Program-made: the position numbers and the translations under genes
NCBI GenBank assembly: GCA_030264375.1
Contig: JASCQW010000109.1
Span: forward strand, 40,597,823 to 40,661,822
Source of the DNA: Carcharhinus longimanus
Lineage: Eukaryota
Direction: 5' to 3'
DNA: 64,000 nt
Notes under the pieces: generated by a model
What the model saw: the letters and a program-made list of their open reading frames with translations, nothing else
Database searches by the model: none
What the model was told of the DNA's origin: nothing
Shown here: in pieces, positions 12,691-26,828 of the stretch
Position numbering within the stretch: position 1 is the first letter of the stretch
Layout: each line of letters begins with the position of its first letter

Positions 12691-15497
12691 TAAATCTGCA
12701 TTTCAAACAATTTTGTGAGAAATTAACCCTGTAGAATTTTGAATTTAGACACACAGAGCTCAAATTGTACAGAAGTTGGGAATAAAGATAGTGAAGAGTT
12801 TGGTCAGTGAGTACTGCATGCCGTTTTGAACTCCCCCATCTTAAGGGTGTTAGTCAAAATATGCCTAATGTAGATCTGCCACGATAATGTTAACATTGGG
12901 TAAACGATCGTTATGAACAAGGATCTTGCATACCAGGATTATTTCTACAGTGGTAGAGAAAGTTGATTACAGTTAATAGACATCTGTAAAATTGATACAT
13001 TTTGCTGAAAGTGTTGTTTGATCCTTGAGTCATTGTGAAGTAGTTATTGATCTTTGTAAGATAAGCTGACTTGATAGTGAGCAAGGAACAAATCATATGC
13101 TGGTCGTAATGTTCCTGGCTATGACGATATAAAATTTCACTTTTGGCTTGGTTTCTCCTAGATACCTAGTTTTGTGCGCTTAGCGGTATGGTGGTACCAC
13201 ATTACAAACATAGAATTATTTCTCTGGCAGCGAGACTTTTGTCTGCACGCTTCTATGGAACGGTGCCTCTACCGCAGGATGGTAGAGGAGTAGATCTATA
13301 ATCAGGTACTGAATAGGTGTGAAAAAAGCAGGGGAGTAATGGGGATAATGGCCACTATGCTTCAGGTGGTCATGGGATGAATTCACTGAACCTCCGTGAT
13401 AGCATACATTAGACACATCTCCAAATGAATGCCAGCAGTGTTTGGTGTCCATTAAAATGGTAATGGAAACAAACATAACTTGTTTTAGCTCAAGCATATT
13501 CCTCCTCATTTCTATTAATTGAGGTTAATTTTGTCTTGCAGCTAAAATATCAGTAATTAAAGTATTTCAGATCTAGAGACAGTCCACCCATTTGTGGTGA
13601 GAAGGGAGATTTTTTTGTCTTGGTTGTAATAATATCTAAGGACATTGTGCTTGGTTTGTTTGGAATCAAGATTGAGGAGAATGGAGGGAATTTTTGTTCC
13701 TGTGCCTGCAGCTGTGCTGGGATTCCTTGCTGCAAATTGTCGATTAGAAATAGTCTTAAATCTTTGTCAGCTTTGGAACACACTGGAAAATGAAACTTCA
13801 CTTTTCTCAGCAACTTCACTAGATCTGAAAATCCTTTTGCCTTGTGGTTACAGGATTTGCTTGATTGAAAGTTCAGATTTTTCAACACATCGTTTTTGAT
13901 GGTGCTTTAGCTGGAAACCCCAGACTTCTTGCAACTGCTTACAACACTCCATTTTCCTGAATAGTGTTATACAAATCCAATAAATTCTGTGTTGTACTTA
14001 CCACCACCACAGAATCTTCTTTTGTGAGGTTGGTTTGCTGCCACAACCACAGCCTGTAAACAAAGGTGGGTCTTCACTGTTTCAGGGCAATCCAGCAGTT
14101 TCCAATCCCCACTCCCACCGCACCTAATGTGTCTCCCCCACAAATGTTCACTCTGGAGTCACAAAATCTGAGGGGTCACATAGGGGAGGGTGGAAGGGAG
14201 GGAAGTTGTAGCAGCCCTTGTCCTCTCAACATAAGTGGGGTTTGCAGGAAACATGTTAGTACATAATAGTAGTGTTGCAAAACAAATCTTTGTAATTCTT
14301 GAAATGTTACTAAGTTACGATATGGATGCTTTAAACATACAATGATTAAATTGATTACCATACTGCTTTTATTCCGAGTAAAACTAAATGCAACTAATAA
14401 TTTTATTCAATGGCTTACTCTACCCTGAGTTCTAGAATTGTTTTGGAATCCATTATCGTTTACGTCAAGAAATTCTCAATTTGAAGCATTGGATAGGAAT
14501 TGATGTTCAGTTGCTTTGAGAATATTAATTGTTGTTCCTGAGAACCCTTTTTACTATAAAATAACAGATTTTTCTGTAACTTTGTCAGAATAAAATCTAC
14601 TTCTTAAATAGCAGAATGTTGCTGCATATTTTACCAAATTATTTCCAGCCCAAGAACAGCATCAGTTGACTTATTTATGGTAATTGTGTTTAGATAGTAT
14701 AATTGAAAGTTGTATTGTCGATGATCCATCTGGTAGAACAGAGAATGAATAAAAAGTGATGTGTGCCCATAAAGATGTAACTGGAAGTGAATTTATTGAT
14801 AGCTCAACCTCTTCATATTTTATTTTTGTCCTTTCCTATTTCAGTAAACTTTTGCTGCATACCTCCTCTCCATTCCTCTTGCGTTTAAGTGTTAAATGTA
14901 AGATGTTATGTTGTGAATGGTGGTTTTCACCAACACTGGTGCATTCAATTCATGGTTGGCATATGTAATTCATTGTAGCAGTCTTAAATTGTTTTGTGAC
15001 TGAGTTTTAGAAGACATCATAGCACTAAGCAAAGGTTTTGCTTCAGTTCTGATAGTGTTAATTTTAAGATTGTACTGCAATTTGAATTCTGTGACTAACT
15101 TGTGTAACTAATGTGTCATGCAAACCATCATTGTAGCTTTGGACTGCTCAATTGCAAATTGATCTCTATGCCACACTAATGTCAAAAATGCAGTTTGTAT
15201 GTATGCTATAAAGTTTTTAAAGGGATTGGTGCAATCTAATTCGGACCGTGATGATCATGACTTGAATAAACCTTGACCTCTCATGATCATTTTTGATATT
15301 TTGTAATTATCTGACTTGTGTTGCTGAATAAATTTGATTCAGATAAGAATGCATGCTTTCAATTGTAGAAGCTTCTTGTGCTCAAAATGTTCTTTTTATG
15401 ATGAGTGAAAATTCTTAGTCCTGTATATGCCACTTATAACTTGTTATAAATTATCTTCAAGCTCCCAAATGCATGCTCCTCATCTGCACAACTGAAT

Positions 15498-15803
15498 CCA
15501 TAGAATAGAATCCCTACACTGCAGAAGAAAGCCATCGAGTCTGCACCAACTACAATCCCACACAAAGCCTATTCCCACAAACCCATGTTTCCCTGTTAAT
15601 CCCCTGACACCTAAAGGACAATTTAGCATGGCCAATCAAGCTAACCAACACACCATTGGACTGTGGGAAGAAACCAAAGCACCCAGAGGAAACCCATGCA
15701 GACACTGGGAAAATGTGCAAACTCCACACAGACACTGACCCAAGGACAGAATTGAACCTAGGTCCCTGGTGCTAAGAGGTAGCAGTGCTAACCATTGTGC
15801 TGC
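15498..15803 (-). mobile_element. tRNA-derived SINE (HE1-like, CR1/HER1-type tail)
   Basis: Minus strand A-box GCACAATGGTTAGCAC, B-box GGTTCAATTC, V-domain; tail catagaatagaatccctacactgcagaag. Confidence 0.88.
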
Positions 15804-16554
15804 ATTTGTGTAAAATATTTTTGGATGTTCTAGAAGAAACCTACAAAAGGCTCATGGATCATATGTAGTCTTGTTCATTTATAGAGACTTGAATGGAAAG
15901 TAGTAAACTCTGAAGCCTCTGAGCTGTTCATGTCTGGAAGAAAAAAGGGAATTAAAGCTTCCCCCCGACCATAGGTATTGGAGGTTAATGAGATTTACAA
16001 ACAGTTACGATTTTTGTAAGGACTGTGTTTGAAAAGGAAGAAATTCAAACTTCTTGTTGATAACTGAAACGGTAACAATATTTCACATTTAAAACTTTTA
16101 ATGTAGCAGACAAAGCACTAAACACTCTTGTTTTAAGCAGCTTGTACTTTAAACTAAAGAACAGAATTTTTCCATTTACTTTCAATGCAATTGAAAACCA
16201 CTTTGCAGGTAGACTGTGTGCGCTGTCCCTTTAGCAGTCATTCGATTTTCCTGGACAGAGTCCAATGTGATTCATAACTTCTTTAAGCTTTACTTCATTT
16301 CCTTTTCCGGTCTGGTAACTTTTAACCCCAGAACTATCTTTTCATTGTGTGGGGTTTGCCTGGTGATTCTCTGTATCTCAAACAAGGCAAATCTAGCCTC
16401 ACTTTTAATTTATGACTCGGTCTTCTCAATGCAAGCACAAGCTCCCACCTGCATTCCTGTACTGTGAACCAGATACTTGCAGTCCCTAGTTGCTTGCTGT
16501 TTCAGATCCTAGCAGACTAACTTGTCTGAAAACCTCGGATATATTAAAAACTCT

Positions 16555-18040
16555 TTGATTTGAATTATTATTGTCACATGTATTGGTATACAATGAAAAT
16601 ATTGTTTCTTGCACTCTATACAGATAAAGCATACTGCCCATAAAGAAAGGAAGGAGTGCAGAATGTAGTGTTACAGTCACAGCTAGGGTGTATACAAAGA
16701 TCAACTTAATGCAAGGTAGGGCCATTCAAAAGTCTCCCAGCAGGGAATAAACTGTTCTTGAGTTAGTCGGTACATGTCCTCAAACTTTGTCGTTTTCCCG
16801 ATGGAAGAAGGTGGAAGAGCGTGCCTGGGGTCCTTAATTATGCTGGTGGCTATTCCGAGGCAGCAGGAAGTGTAGACAGTGTCAATGGGTGAGAGGTTGG
16901 TTTCAGTGGTGGACTGAGCTTCATTCACGACCCTTGTAGTTTCTCATGGTCTTGAATAGAGCAGGAGCCATACCAAGCTGCGATACAACCAGAAAGAATA
17001 TTTTCTATGGTGTATCTGTAAAATCTGGTGAGAGTCTTGGTGGACGTTACTAAATTTCCTTAGTCTTCTGAGAAAGTGGAGGATTTCTCACAGGTTGGGC
17101 TTTCTTAACGATAGTGTCGGTGTCGGGGGACCAGGGCAGGTTGTTGTTGATCTAAACACCTAAAAACTTGAAACTCTCAACTATTTCTATTTCTTCCCCA
17201 TTGATGTAGACAGGAGCATGTCCTCCACTGCACTTCCTGAAGTCAATGACTATTTCCTTCAGTTTGTTGACATTGAGAAAGAGATTGTCATCTCACCAGT
17301 CCATGAGATTCTCTCTCATTTCTGAAATCAGTCTCATCGTTGTTTGAGATCTGACCCATTATGGTGGTGTCATCAGCAAACCTGAAAATGGAGTTGGAGG
17401 CCACTTAGTCATGGGTGTATAAGGAGTATAATAAGGGGCTGAGGACACAGCCTTGTGGGACACCGGTGTTAAGGATGATTTGTGGAGTGGTGTTGTTGTC
17501 TATCCTTGCTGATTGTGATCTGAGAGTTAAGAAATTCAGGATCTGGTCGCAGAGGGAGGAGCTGAGCTCCAGGCCGTGGAGTTTGTAGATGAGTTTGGTA
17601 GGAATAATGGTGTTGAAGGCTGAGCTGTAATTGATAAATAGGAGCCTGATTATAGATGTCTCTGTTATCTAGGCGTTCCAAGGTTGAGTGCAGGCCAGGG
17701 AAATGGTGTCTGCTGTGGACCTATTGCAGCATTAGGCTAACTGTAGTGGATCCAGGCAATCTGGCAGGCAAGAATTGANNNNNNNNNNNNNNNNNNNNNN
17801 NNNNNNNNNNNNNNNNNNNNNNNNNNNNNNNNNNNNNNNNNNNNNNNNNNNNNNNNNNNNNNNNNNNNNNNNNNNNNNTCATGCCATTACTGACGTTTTG
17901 AAGCACTTTCAAAGTCATTAAGGCATGCTACTTGGCTTTTCTTTGATACTGGGGTGATGGTCGTTGCCTTGAGGAAGATAGGGACACCACATTGTTGTGA
18001 AGAGAGGTTGAAAATGTCTGCAAGTACCCCTGCCAGCTAC
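16555..18040 (-). mobile_element. Rex1/Babar-like LINE reverse-transcriptase fragment (degenerate, contains a gap)
   Basis: Minus strand reads NTGVPQGCVLSPLLYSLYTHD (about 17410-17470) and FADDTT.MGQISNNDE (about 17335-17380), i.e. RT catalytic motifs. Confidence 0.85.
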
Positions 18041-18044
18041 GCTG

Positions 18045-18320
18045 CATTTATTTCCCATACCTAATAATCCTTGAGTGGTGAGCTATCTTTTTAAACTGTT
18101 GCAGACCACGTGGTCTAGATATTCCCACCACGCTGTTGGGAAGGAAGTTCCAGGATTTTGATCCAGCAACAGTGAAGGAACGAGAATATAGTTCCAAGTC
18201 AGGATGGCGTGTGACTTGAAGAACTTGCAGATGGTGGTGTTCCCACGTGACTACTGCTCTGGTTCTTCTAGATGCTAGTGGTCATGGGTTTGAAAAGTGC
18301 AGCCAAAGGAGCCTTGGGGT
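18045..18320 (-). mobile_element. CR1/L2-group LINE 3' fragment, same family as 1625-2545
   Basis: ttccaggattttgatccagcaacagtgaaggaac matches about 1758-1791. Confidence 0.7.
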
Positions 18321-18324
18321 TGAG

Positions 18325-18605
18325 CTTTTACTAGTGCCACAAGTAGGCTTACATTAATATTGCAATGAAGTTACTTTGAAAATTCCCCACTCCCCACACT
18401 CTGGTGCCTGTTTGGATACACTGAGGGAGAATTTAGCATGGCTAACGGACCATCCAAACACGCCTTTCGGACTGTGGGAGGAAACTGGTGGAAACTGACG
18501 CAGACATGAGAGAGTGCGCAGCCTCTGCAGTGACCCAAGCTGGGAATTGAACCTGGGTCCCTGGCACTGAGGCAGTGTGGTAATCACTGTGCCACCATGC
18601 CACCT
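18325..18605 (-). mobile_element. tRNA-derived SINE (HE1 / V-SINE-like)
   Basis: Minus strand GGTGGCACAGTG...GGGTTCAATTCCCAGCTTGGGTCACTG; tail shared with the copies at 1917 and 40530. Confidence 0.88.
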
Positions 18606-21339
18606 TCCTTGCAATATTTCCCAAATGACAACTTGTATGGTGTTCTGGCATTTCAAAAAGACAGACATTTTGTTTTACGTGGATGTCTGGCCATCTCATA
18701 TTTTATTACTTGTGGTACAAAGATTGTTCTGCATAATTAGGCTTGTATAGTTACTCAAGTATTTAGTTTAAGATCTGTTAATTTGTCAGTGAATCCAAGC
18801 AATGGCTGTGGTGTCTTACCTCCCTGCCATCTACGTGGCTCAGGAAAAGGTCCTCATGCTCACTTTGAGTTTTGCTGGGGATATTAATTTGCCTAGTCTG
18901 TTTACTTCAGTACATGTTTCAAGAATGATTTTAATACCATTGAGCCACTCTTGGCAGCACCTGTCTTCAAAGATTTTTTTTTTAAAGGAAACAAAGCTGC
19001 TCCTCTGCATTTTTAAGCTTTTACACAACCTCACCAATGCCTGGCAGTTGCCATGCTCAACCAGCTAGTGTGTTAGCTGATCATCACGTAATTTACAAAA
19101 TTTAAACATGCAGCTTGTAGGCAAATATTTAAATTTGAGGATGAGGGATGATGGACATGATTAGCCTACAGTCATGCCTGTTAAGTTTCCCTATCTTCTG
19201 TCTTCTCTAAGCCTTGTGGAGTAAACATCCTCTTGGAGGGAATGGGGAAGTATTTGATTGGATTGATCGAACTTGGCACAGTCACCCAATATCTTGGGAT
19301 AAGTTGGCTATTAAGGATAGAATAATATACTATTCAGGCCAAACTTATGAACTCTGCAAAGCATTTCAGTGCCAGTCCTGAAGTCCTATTTTCTATGATT
19401 TCTGTGAAAGCTAGTCCCACTGCAGCATATCCTTTAAATGTTCCTAATCTCTCCAAGTACATGTCCACAAGGACATCTCTAGCCTCCTTGGACCCCTTCC
19501 CATTCAAATCCTATGCATTTTTATCTTCTGGCTTGTTTGCTGACTTATATTGTCAGTGCGCCTCCCTCTTTGTCTTTAAAATCATTCATTATACCTCCTT
19601 TTTTAAAGTTTTTTTTTAAAAAACTTGCCAACTCTCGGCTATCTCAAATCTTCCTTCTCTAAAATCTTTGAATATGTTGTTACTTTTCAACATTGTGTCC
19701 ATCTCCCCATGACACTATCTGATTCTTTTCAACGCAGTTTCAGCCTTTACACTACCAAAGTAATCCTCATTATCATCAACGAGATCCTCTGTGGCTGTAA
19801 TTTGAGGTGGATGATCTTTCTTTGTCTTAGACTTTGAGATGTTTCATATGGTTGACTACATCATTTTGTTATCCTTTTCTCTATTCCAGTTGCATGGAAT
19901 GACCTCACCTGCTTTTACTCCTATTCAGATGTACCTGTAATCCCTAGAACATGGATGTCACTGGCTGGCTTGGCAATGGTTTCTCTCCCCCTAAATCTCA
20001 TCACTTACGTAGTTTCCAAAGTCCTTTCCTTTACAACCCCTGACTCTTCTTGCCTATATCCTGCCTGTGGGCACTACCATTTATAGATGTGGTGCAGCTT
20101 ATACACATATGCAGTTGGCACCCTGCTCTAATAGTCCTTGGCTTCTTGATTCCCTCTGTGCTGTCAATTAGTCCAACATTTGGTGTGAAATGAGGCTTTT
20201 ACTTTGGATTTCAACAGGCCTTTATAACCTTCTGGATTCCTGTATCCTCCAAGACATCATCTCTGACTGTTTAGGCATCATCACACTGTCCCTTCAAGTG
20301 AGCTTTGTTTCCATGCACTTGGAATTTCTTGGCCAATTTCTGTTTCTCCACCCTTCACTTCTTTAAAAGTACCCCCGAACCACATTCTGCTGTCCAATTT
20401 CTCAATGAATTGTTGTTTGCAGTTGCTAAATTTCTTGATACCAAAGGTACTACACGAGGCTGCTTGCCCGCCATGTCTATTATGTTAAATACGCTTGCTG
20501 TTTATGGAAGAGTTTCAGGTGATTTACGATGCCTTCAACGTGGAAGTCTGGCATGTAGCCATATAAAACAGTATTACATAAGCCCATTTGGCTTCATAAT
20601 TTTGGATTTCCATACACAAATATCGAGAAATATTAGACGTTTTTAAAATGAGCAATATAGATGTAAGTAGATTAAAAGGGAGAGCACAAAGTGAAGTTGA
20701 TAGTTAACAAAATTGAAGCATTTTCCCACCGAGAATTAAAAACATTTGAATGAATTGAGTATTGATGTATTTAGTGAACTGATTTCTATTGTACAATTTT
20801 ATACATTCATAGTATGGAGTGGTGGTGATTAAGGGAATCAGTGGAGAGAATATGAATATATGCCATGAGCATCCTGATTATATGTAAAATGTAGTAATTG
20901 CTGTATTATTATTATTTTCGGTTCTCAAATTCGACATTATTGTCTGAAAATCAGCTGCATTTATATTTTTAGTCAGATTAGTGCCTGTACCAAGATAAAT
21001 TTTAGTAGCATGGCTCTGGCAGTGTTTGAGGGTCTTAGCAGTAATCAGTCAAAATTACATTTGTGAAAAGCAGAGTTTGAAATGTGGAAGTAATTTACTC
21101 TTGTTCAGTGCAAATTTTACAGGGTGACTGGTAGTGTTGACTTGCATTCAGAAGGGATACATTTCACACCTACCCTTAGTTCAGCTGTTCTCTTGGTTTT
21201 TTTTATTAGTTGCTGAAGTGAAACTACTAACATTTAGAGAAACAAATGTTAGAAGACATTAACCAAAGGCTTTGGTAGGAAACCACATGCCCTTGCAACT
21301 GGGGTTTAGCTGTTGCCACGAACTCAACATTTGCTGCGG

Positions 21340-23860
21340 TTAATTTCTATCATCTGGTAGGTGTTCATTGCTAGGCACTTGTCTGAATGCCATCCAGGCT
21401 GTGATGCGTGTGGGGACCGACTGCTTCATTATCTAAGAAATTGCAGTTGAGACTGAACATTGTGCAATCAGGCAACATCCCCACTTTGACCTTATGCTGG
21501 AGGAAAAGTTGATAAGCAGATAAAGATGATTGGGCCTAGAACATTCTTCTGAGGAACTCCTGCAACAATGTCCTGGGGCAGTGCTCATTGGCCTGGAATG
21601 TGAAAAATAAGCTTCAATGGCTATGACCCCAGTCTGGAGAGTTATTCCCTGATTCCGAGTGACTTCAATTTTACAAGGACTCCTTCATGCTGCGCTTTTA
21701 TCAAATGGTGCCTTAATGTTGGGAGCAGTCACTCTTACCTGCACTCTGGAATTCATCCCTTTTTGTCAATGTTTGAGTCAGGCTGGGACAAAGTGATTCT
21801 GGTGAAACCTGTGTTGCATTTTGATGCAGAAGTCATTGCTGATATAAATGCCACTTAATTGCACTGTTGCTTCCAACACTTCCTGATTGAGAGTAGACTG
21901 GGTGATAATTGGCCAGATTGAGTTTGTCCCTTTTGTGGAAAGGACATAACTAAGCCATTTTCCATTTTCTTGGGTAGGTATCATTGTAGATAGACTGGAA
22001 AGATTGACTCAACATGTGGCTAATTCTGCAGAACAAGTCTTTAGTGTTCTAGCCAGAATGTTGTCATGGCATATAGCCTTTGCTATATTTGTTGTACTGG
22101 GCCATTTTTGATATCATGTAGACTAATTGAATTGACTGAAGGCTGCTTTTCTGATAACGTGGATCTCTGGAGTTGGCAGAGATGGATCACCTTCTCAGAA
22201 TTCTTTGCTCAAGGTGGTTGCAAACAATTCAGTCTTGTACTCAAATGCTGAGTTCTGCTGTCATTGAAGAAGAGGATGTTCATGGAGCTTTCTCCCAGTG
22301 TTTATTTGCTCACTCCCACTCAGTGGACATGTGATGGGCTTTACTTTGTTCAGCCAATAACGTATTCCTTCTGCTATGAAGCTTTGTTTCAGCAGCTTGG
22401 AGTCTAGGAATCCTACAGTAAGAAACTCCTGACTTCACAATCTACATGGTACAGGTTAGAAGTGTGATGAATGAGCACAGCTCCAACAAAACCTTGAAGG
22501 TTGACACCATCCAGGACAAAACAACTCACTTGATTGGTGCCCCATCCCCAAACATTCACTCCCTCCACCACTGACACAGTGGCAGTAGTGTGTACCATCC
22601 ATAAGATTTACTGCAGGAACTCACTAAGGCTCCTTATCCCCTTTTAAACCCACAACCATTTCCATCTAAAAATCAGGGGCAACAGAGACATGGAAACATT
22701 ACCACCTGGAAGTTCCCTTCCAAGCTGCTCTCAATCCTTCACTGTCGCTGGGTAAAATCCTGGAACTCCCTCCTCAACAGCACTGTGGGTATACCAACAC
22801 CACCACATTCTTGAAAGCAATTGGAGATGGGCAATAAATGCTGACATAGCCAACAAAGCTCACATCTCAAATTTTTTTTAAAAAATTGCAAAGCAAATTG
22901 TGTTTGAGTGTGGCTTGCTGCTGATCCATTGTGCCTCATTGATGCCTAGCTTTTAAGCTGTGAGATCTTTTCCGAATCTGTCCCATTTAGCATACTGATA
23001 GTGCCATACAATATGATGGAGGGATTTTGCAGTGCAAAGCTGAGACTTTCTCTCCTGCTCCTGCTGCCGTAATAGATGCATTTGCAACAAGGAATATTAG
23101 TGAGGATGAGGTTGGGTTTCTTGTGTTGGTTCTCACCACCTGCTGTAGTCCCCACTGTGCAGTGATGCCAATAAGTGCAAAATACTGCAAATCTGAAATA
23201 AGAGCTAAATGATCCCTATCATGTGGCCTGAATACTGGTGGCTAAATAAACAGTGGGAGGAAGAAACTTCATTAATATCCTTGTTCTCGGTGATATGTCC
23301 TTCAGATGTGGCTGGTTTGATCGGTTGTTGTATTTTTGAGCCACTCTTGGTGATGGACATTGAGATCTTTTGCCTTCAGTGCTTCTTCCAAGTGGTGTTC
23401 AACATGGAATATTCACAAATGGCAGTAGATGGTCAGCCTTGCTAGCCCATTTTTGACCTGGTGCCATTGGACTTCAGGTCTAGAGTCATTGTTGAAAAAT
23501 CCCAGACCCCTACCTTCAGATTGTATACCATTGTGTCACCACATCCAGTGGAATAGTATGAACTATAGTTTGACTGATTGGTGGAACAGTTCTCCCAATT
23601 TTGGCATTACTCCCCAGATGTAAGTGAGGGTATTTATCAGGGAGGCTATGCCTTTACCAATCCAGTGCCTCAGTCAATCCTGAGTGATTCACCAGGTTTT
23701 ATTCTTATTAAACTTCTTTATAGAAAGTTGAATTGTCTGGTCAGCCATTTTCAGAGGGCAATTTGAGCCAACTACATTGTTGATCTGGAGTCACATAGGC
23801 CACACTAGATAACCATGACATATTTGCTTCCCTAAAGGGCATTAGTGAACCAGGGGTTTC
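21340..23860. mobile_element. Cluster of old CR1/L2-group LINE fragments in both orientations
   Basis: 22420-22880 is a plus-strand 3' end (gggtaaaatcctggaactccctc...gggcaataaatgctg + poly-T/A), the reverse complement of 1625-1800; flanks are degenerate minus-strand ORF2 pieces. Confidence 0.6.
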
Positions 23861-25194
23861 ATGAGCCAGTTAGGCCCGCAATGCTCCATACTATTGATCG
23901 GCCAGCTGGTTTGGTCAATGGGACTAAAGGAGAGGAGTGGAGAAGCTTCCAAAGCTGATGGGCTAGGATTCTTCACACACTGTCTCCATATATCCCTGTA
24001 AGTTGCATTCCTCATGAATGGGAATCATGCTTTTCCCAACAACCAGCTTTTGACTTTTTCAATTAGTAGTCATTGGCCCAATAATTGCTGTCAGAATAAT
24101 GTTGAGATGAATAGTCTTCATTATTTAGGTGCAGGAACATAGCAACGTCCAGCAAGGACAGGTGCGAGAACAAACACAAAAATATGATGCTCTGACATTG
24201 GCTTGATGAAAATTGGTTTTTGCTGTCTGGTTCCCTATAAAATTGCATAGTGGCATGCATTTCCTGTACTTAACAGTACATATGAAGTAAATGCACCACA
24301 GAATTTTAAATCTGAGTATCCTTATAATCCTTTGCAGTATCATTACTGACACTCAACTTCTCTGGCACTAAAAATGTGTTAATAAAAGTCTCAATCCTTC
24401 AGTTTTTGACTGTTGAAAACAAGAATTAAAACTTGTTATTTCTTTCTCTTTGCCTCCAACTTTTAACAAACTGATTTAATGTTAAATTCACCATTCTAAC
24501 TTCTTCCTAGTTCAGACCTTGCGCAGTTCATTTCACAATCTTTCAACCCCCTTAGTTAAGAAGATGCACTTGCCTGCACTGTTTAGTCAAGATATGAGAT
24601 AAACTTGAGAAAGTGCCATGTCATTTCCACCTTGGACTTCCAGCAATGGGGAAGGCCAAGTCGGTAACTAATGGCAAGTGCTGTTGAGTGACTTACAGGA
24701 ATTTTGGGCTTGTTTTTATTTTGATAACTATAGTGGTACTGCTTTACAAAAATTATCATTGACAACTTTGATATTACATCAGCATTGTAGCAGAATTGTC
24801 GATTTCTGATCACAGCCAACTTCAAAAGGGTATTTTTGTGGTAACTTCATATTATGTATTTTGTATGTATAAATATGTTTACTAACTTTCAAAAGGAAAA
24901 ATATTCAAAGTAATTTCACCCAGTTTCCTTGTTACCAACTCTCCTGCTGGAAAGTTTCTCTCCATTAGCTCCATTAACATTTTCATAATTTTAAAATCTT
25001 TAAATCTCCTCTTGCCTTATCCTGACTTGGCTAATCGTTAACTAATGGAAAAGTGTGGTTAATTCACATCCTTTATGTTTGAATGATGGGTCTCTCACCC
25101 AAGTAACAGTGTAATTAATGCAAATGATGAAGAAACAGGATAAATTGTGCAGCAACCTTCGAATTTCTTCATTTAACTACATGAACCATGTTGC

Positions 25195-25595
25195 ACTATC
25201 TGTAACCCCCGTGACTTGCCTGGGTTTGCAAAACCTCACTTACTCTACTGTCTGGAGACAATACACATCTCTGTAACCTGTGATCAGTGCTCCTTCCACT
25301 CACATTATCAGCCACTTCAGGTNNNNNNNNNNNNNNNNNNNNNNNNNNNNNNNNNNNNNNNNNNNNNNNNNNNNNNNNNNNNNNNNNNNNNNNNNNNNNN
25401 NNNNNNNNNNNNNNNNNNNNNNAACTGTCTGTGCTTTATATGCTCTGTCTGAGGCCAGAACACTCCATTCACCTGACGAAGGGACTAACCCTGAAAGCTT
25501 GAGTCTATTATCAAATAAATCGGTTGGACTAAAACCTGGTGTTGTCAGACTTTTCACTGTTTACGCCAGTCCAACGCCAGCATACCCACATCTTA
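25195..25595 (+). mobile_element. Penelope-like element terminal (pLTR) region containing a hammerhead-like motif
   Basis: cacctgacgaagggactaaccctgaaagcttg...aaataaatcggttggactaaaacctggtgttgtcagact...cagtccaacgccagcat; close homolog at 44421-44579. Confidence 0.65.
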
Positions 25596-26800
25596 TCTGT
25601 CTCAGCCAGTGTTCTATTTATAATCCTGGCCAACAGGCAGGTGGGTTTAAAAAATACACCTGGAGGTTGCTGGGACTTAGCACCACTGTTTGACAACCAT
25701 GGTTTAATGCCCCTCAGGAGCAATATTTTGCGGTATCTTAGTAATATCTCTTTCATGCGTCCTCACATTTTCTTTCTGGATACAAGTCAAAAACTCACTC
25801 CAGGTTTCCAGTGCAGTTTAATGTTGCTGTGAAGCGAAAATCACTTCGCAACAATGTAAATGTTAAAGTAATGAAGCATCTTACTATTACATTATACTAT
25901 TTCAAACCTGAAAGTGCTTTCTGTTCACAAGTGAATGCTTAAAGGGTGATCTTTAACATCCTTTGCAAAGGATGCAAGAATGCAAAGTTAAAACAGTTGC
26001 CTACCATCAAATCAATGGGCTGTATTAGATGCAAAGCTGGAAATAACTTGAGGAAAAACAAGGATCAGCACAGGTGTAGCAGCTGGGAAAGTTTCTCGAG
26101 TGAAACTAACTTTTTTATAGTTCCCTAAAAATATATTTTTAAACACTTAACAGAGCTAGTCACTATGATCATTTACCTTATACTTGCTTTGTAGTATGGA
26201 AGAAAGCATGTTAGTTCACCAGGTGTCCAAACATTTTCAAAGAGGCTTGTTTGAAACTGCTGAAGGTTAATTCAAATTTAGTCCCAGGGCTGCTTTTGAA
26301 TAAATGATCTGTGATTTGCATGCCTTGAAATTTTAATTTCAAGTTGCATAATTCATGATCCAGCACCAAAGGAAACCTTTCTTAGTTGGCTATATTTCTG
26401 ACAAATTTAAACAGTGTACTTTTCATATTGGTTCAAAAAGAACAGGAAGGGGTACAAAATTATGTTCAAGATTCAGATCTAATTTTTGCTTTTTAATAAT
26501 TGTATCAACCTGTGATGTACATTTGTATTGGGCAGGGTAGAAATTGAAAACTTGACAATTTTTTAAAAAGCTTGTAATAGTAATGAGACAAGGCAGGAAA
26601 GGAAGCTGCTGTCTTCAGAAGCATCTGGCTTAATATATATTCCAATCCCTTAATCAGAAATGTCAAGTTATTTTAGTTGTATCTTATTTTAAATTGCATG
26701 TTTAGTATGAAATGAAGCTCACTAACCTTATTTGTGCATGAACTGCATTTAATGTGTGGCTGTTGTGTTTGTGTCTTTGCATTTTCGCCTGCAACACTCC

Positions 26801-26807
26801 TACTAAC
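26801..26807 (+). promoter_or_regulatory. Consensus branch point / STAR-protein (SF1, QKI) motif TACTAAC upstream of exon 3
   Basis: Exact TACTAAC ending 21 nt before the exon start at 26829. Confidence 0.65.
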
Positions 26808-26828
26808 TGTGATGAATCAAAACAAAAG

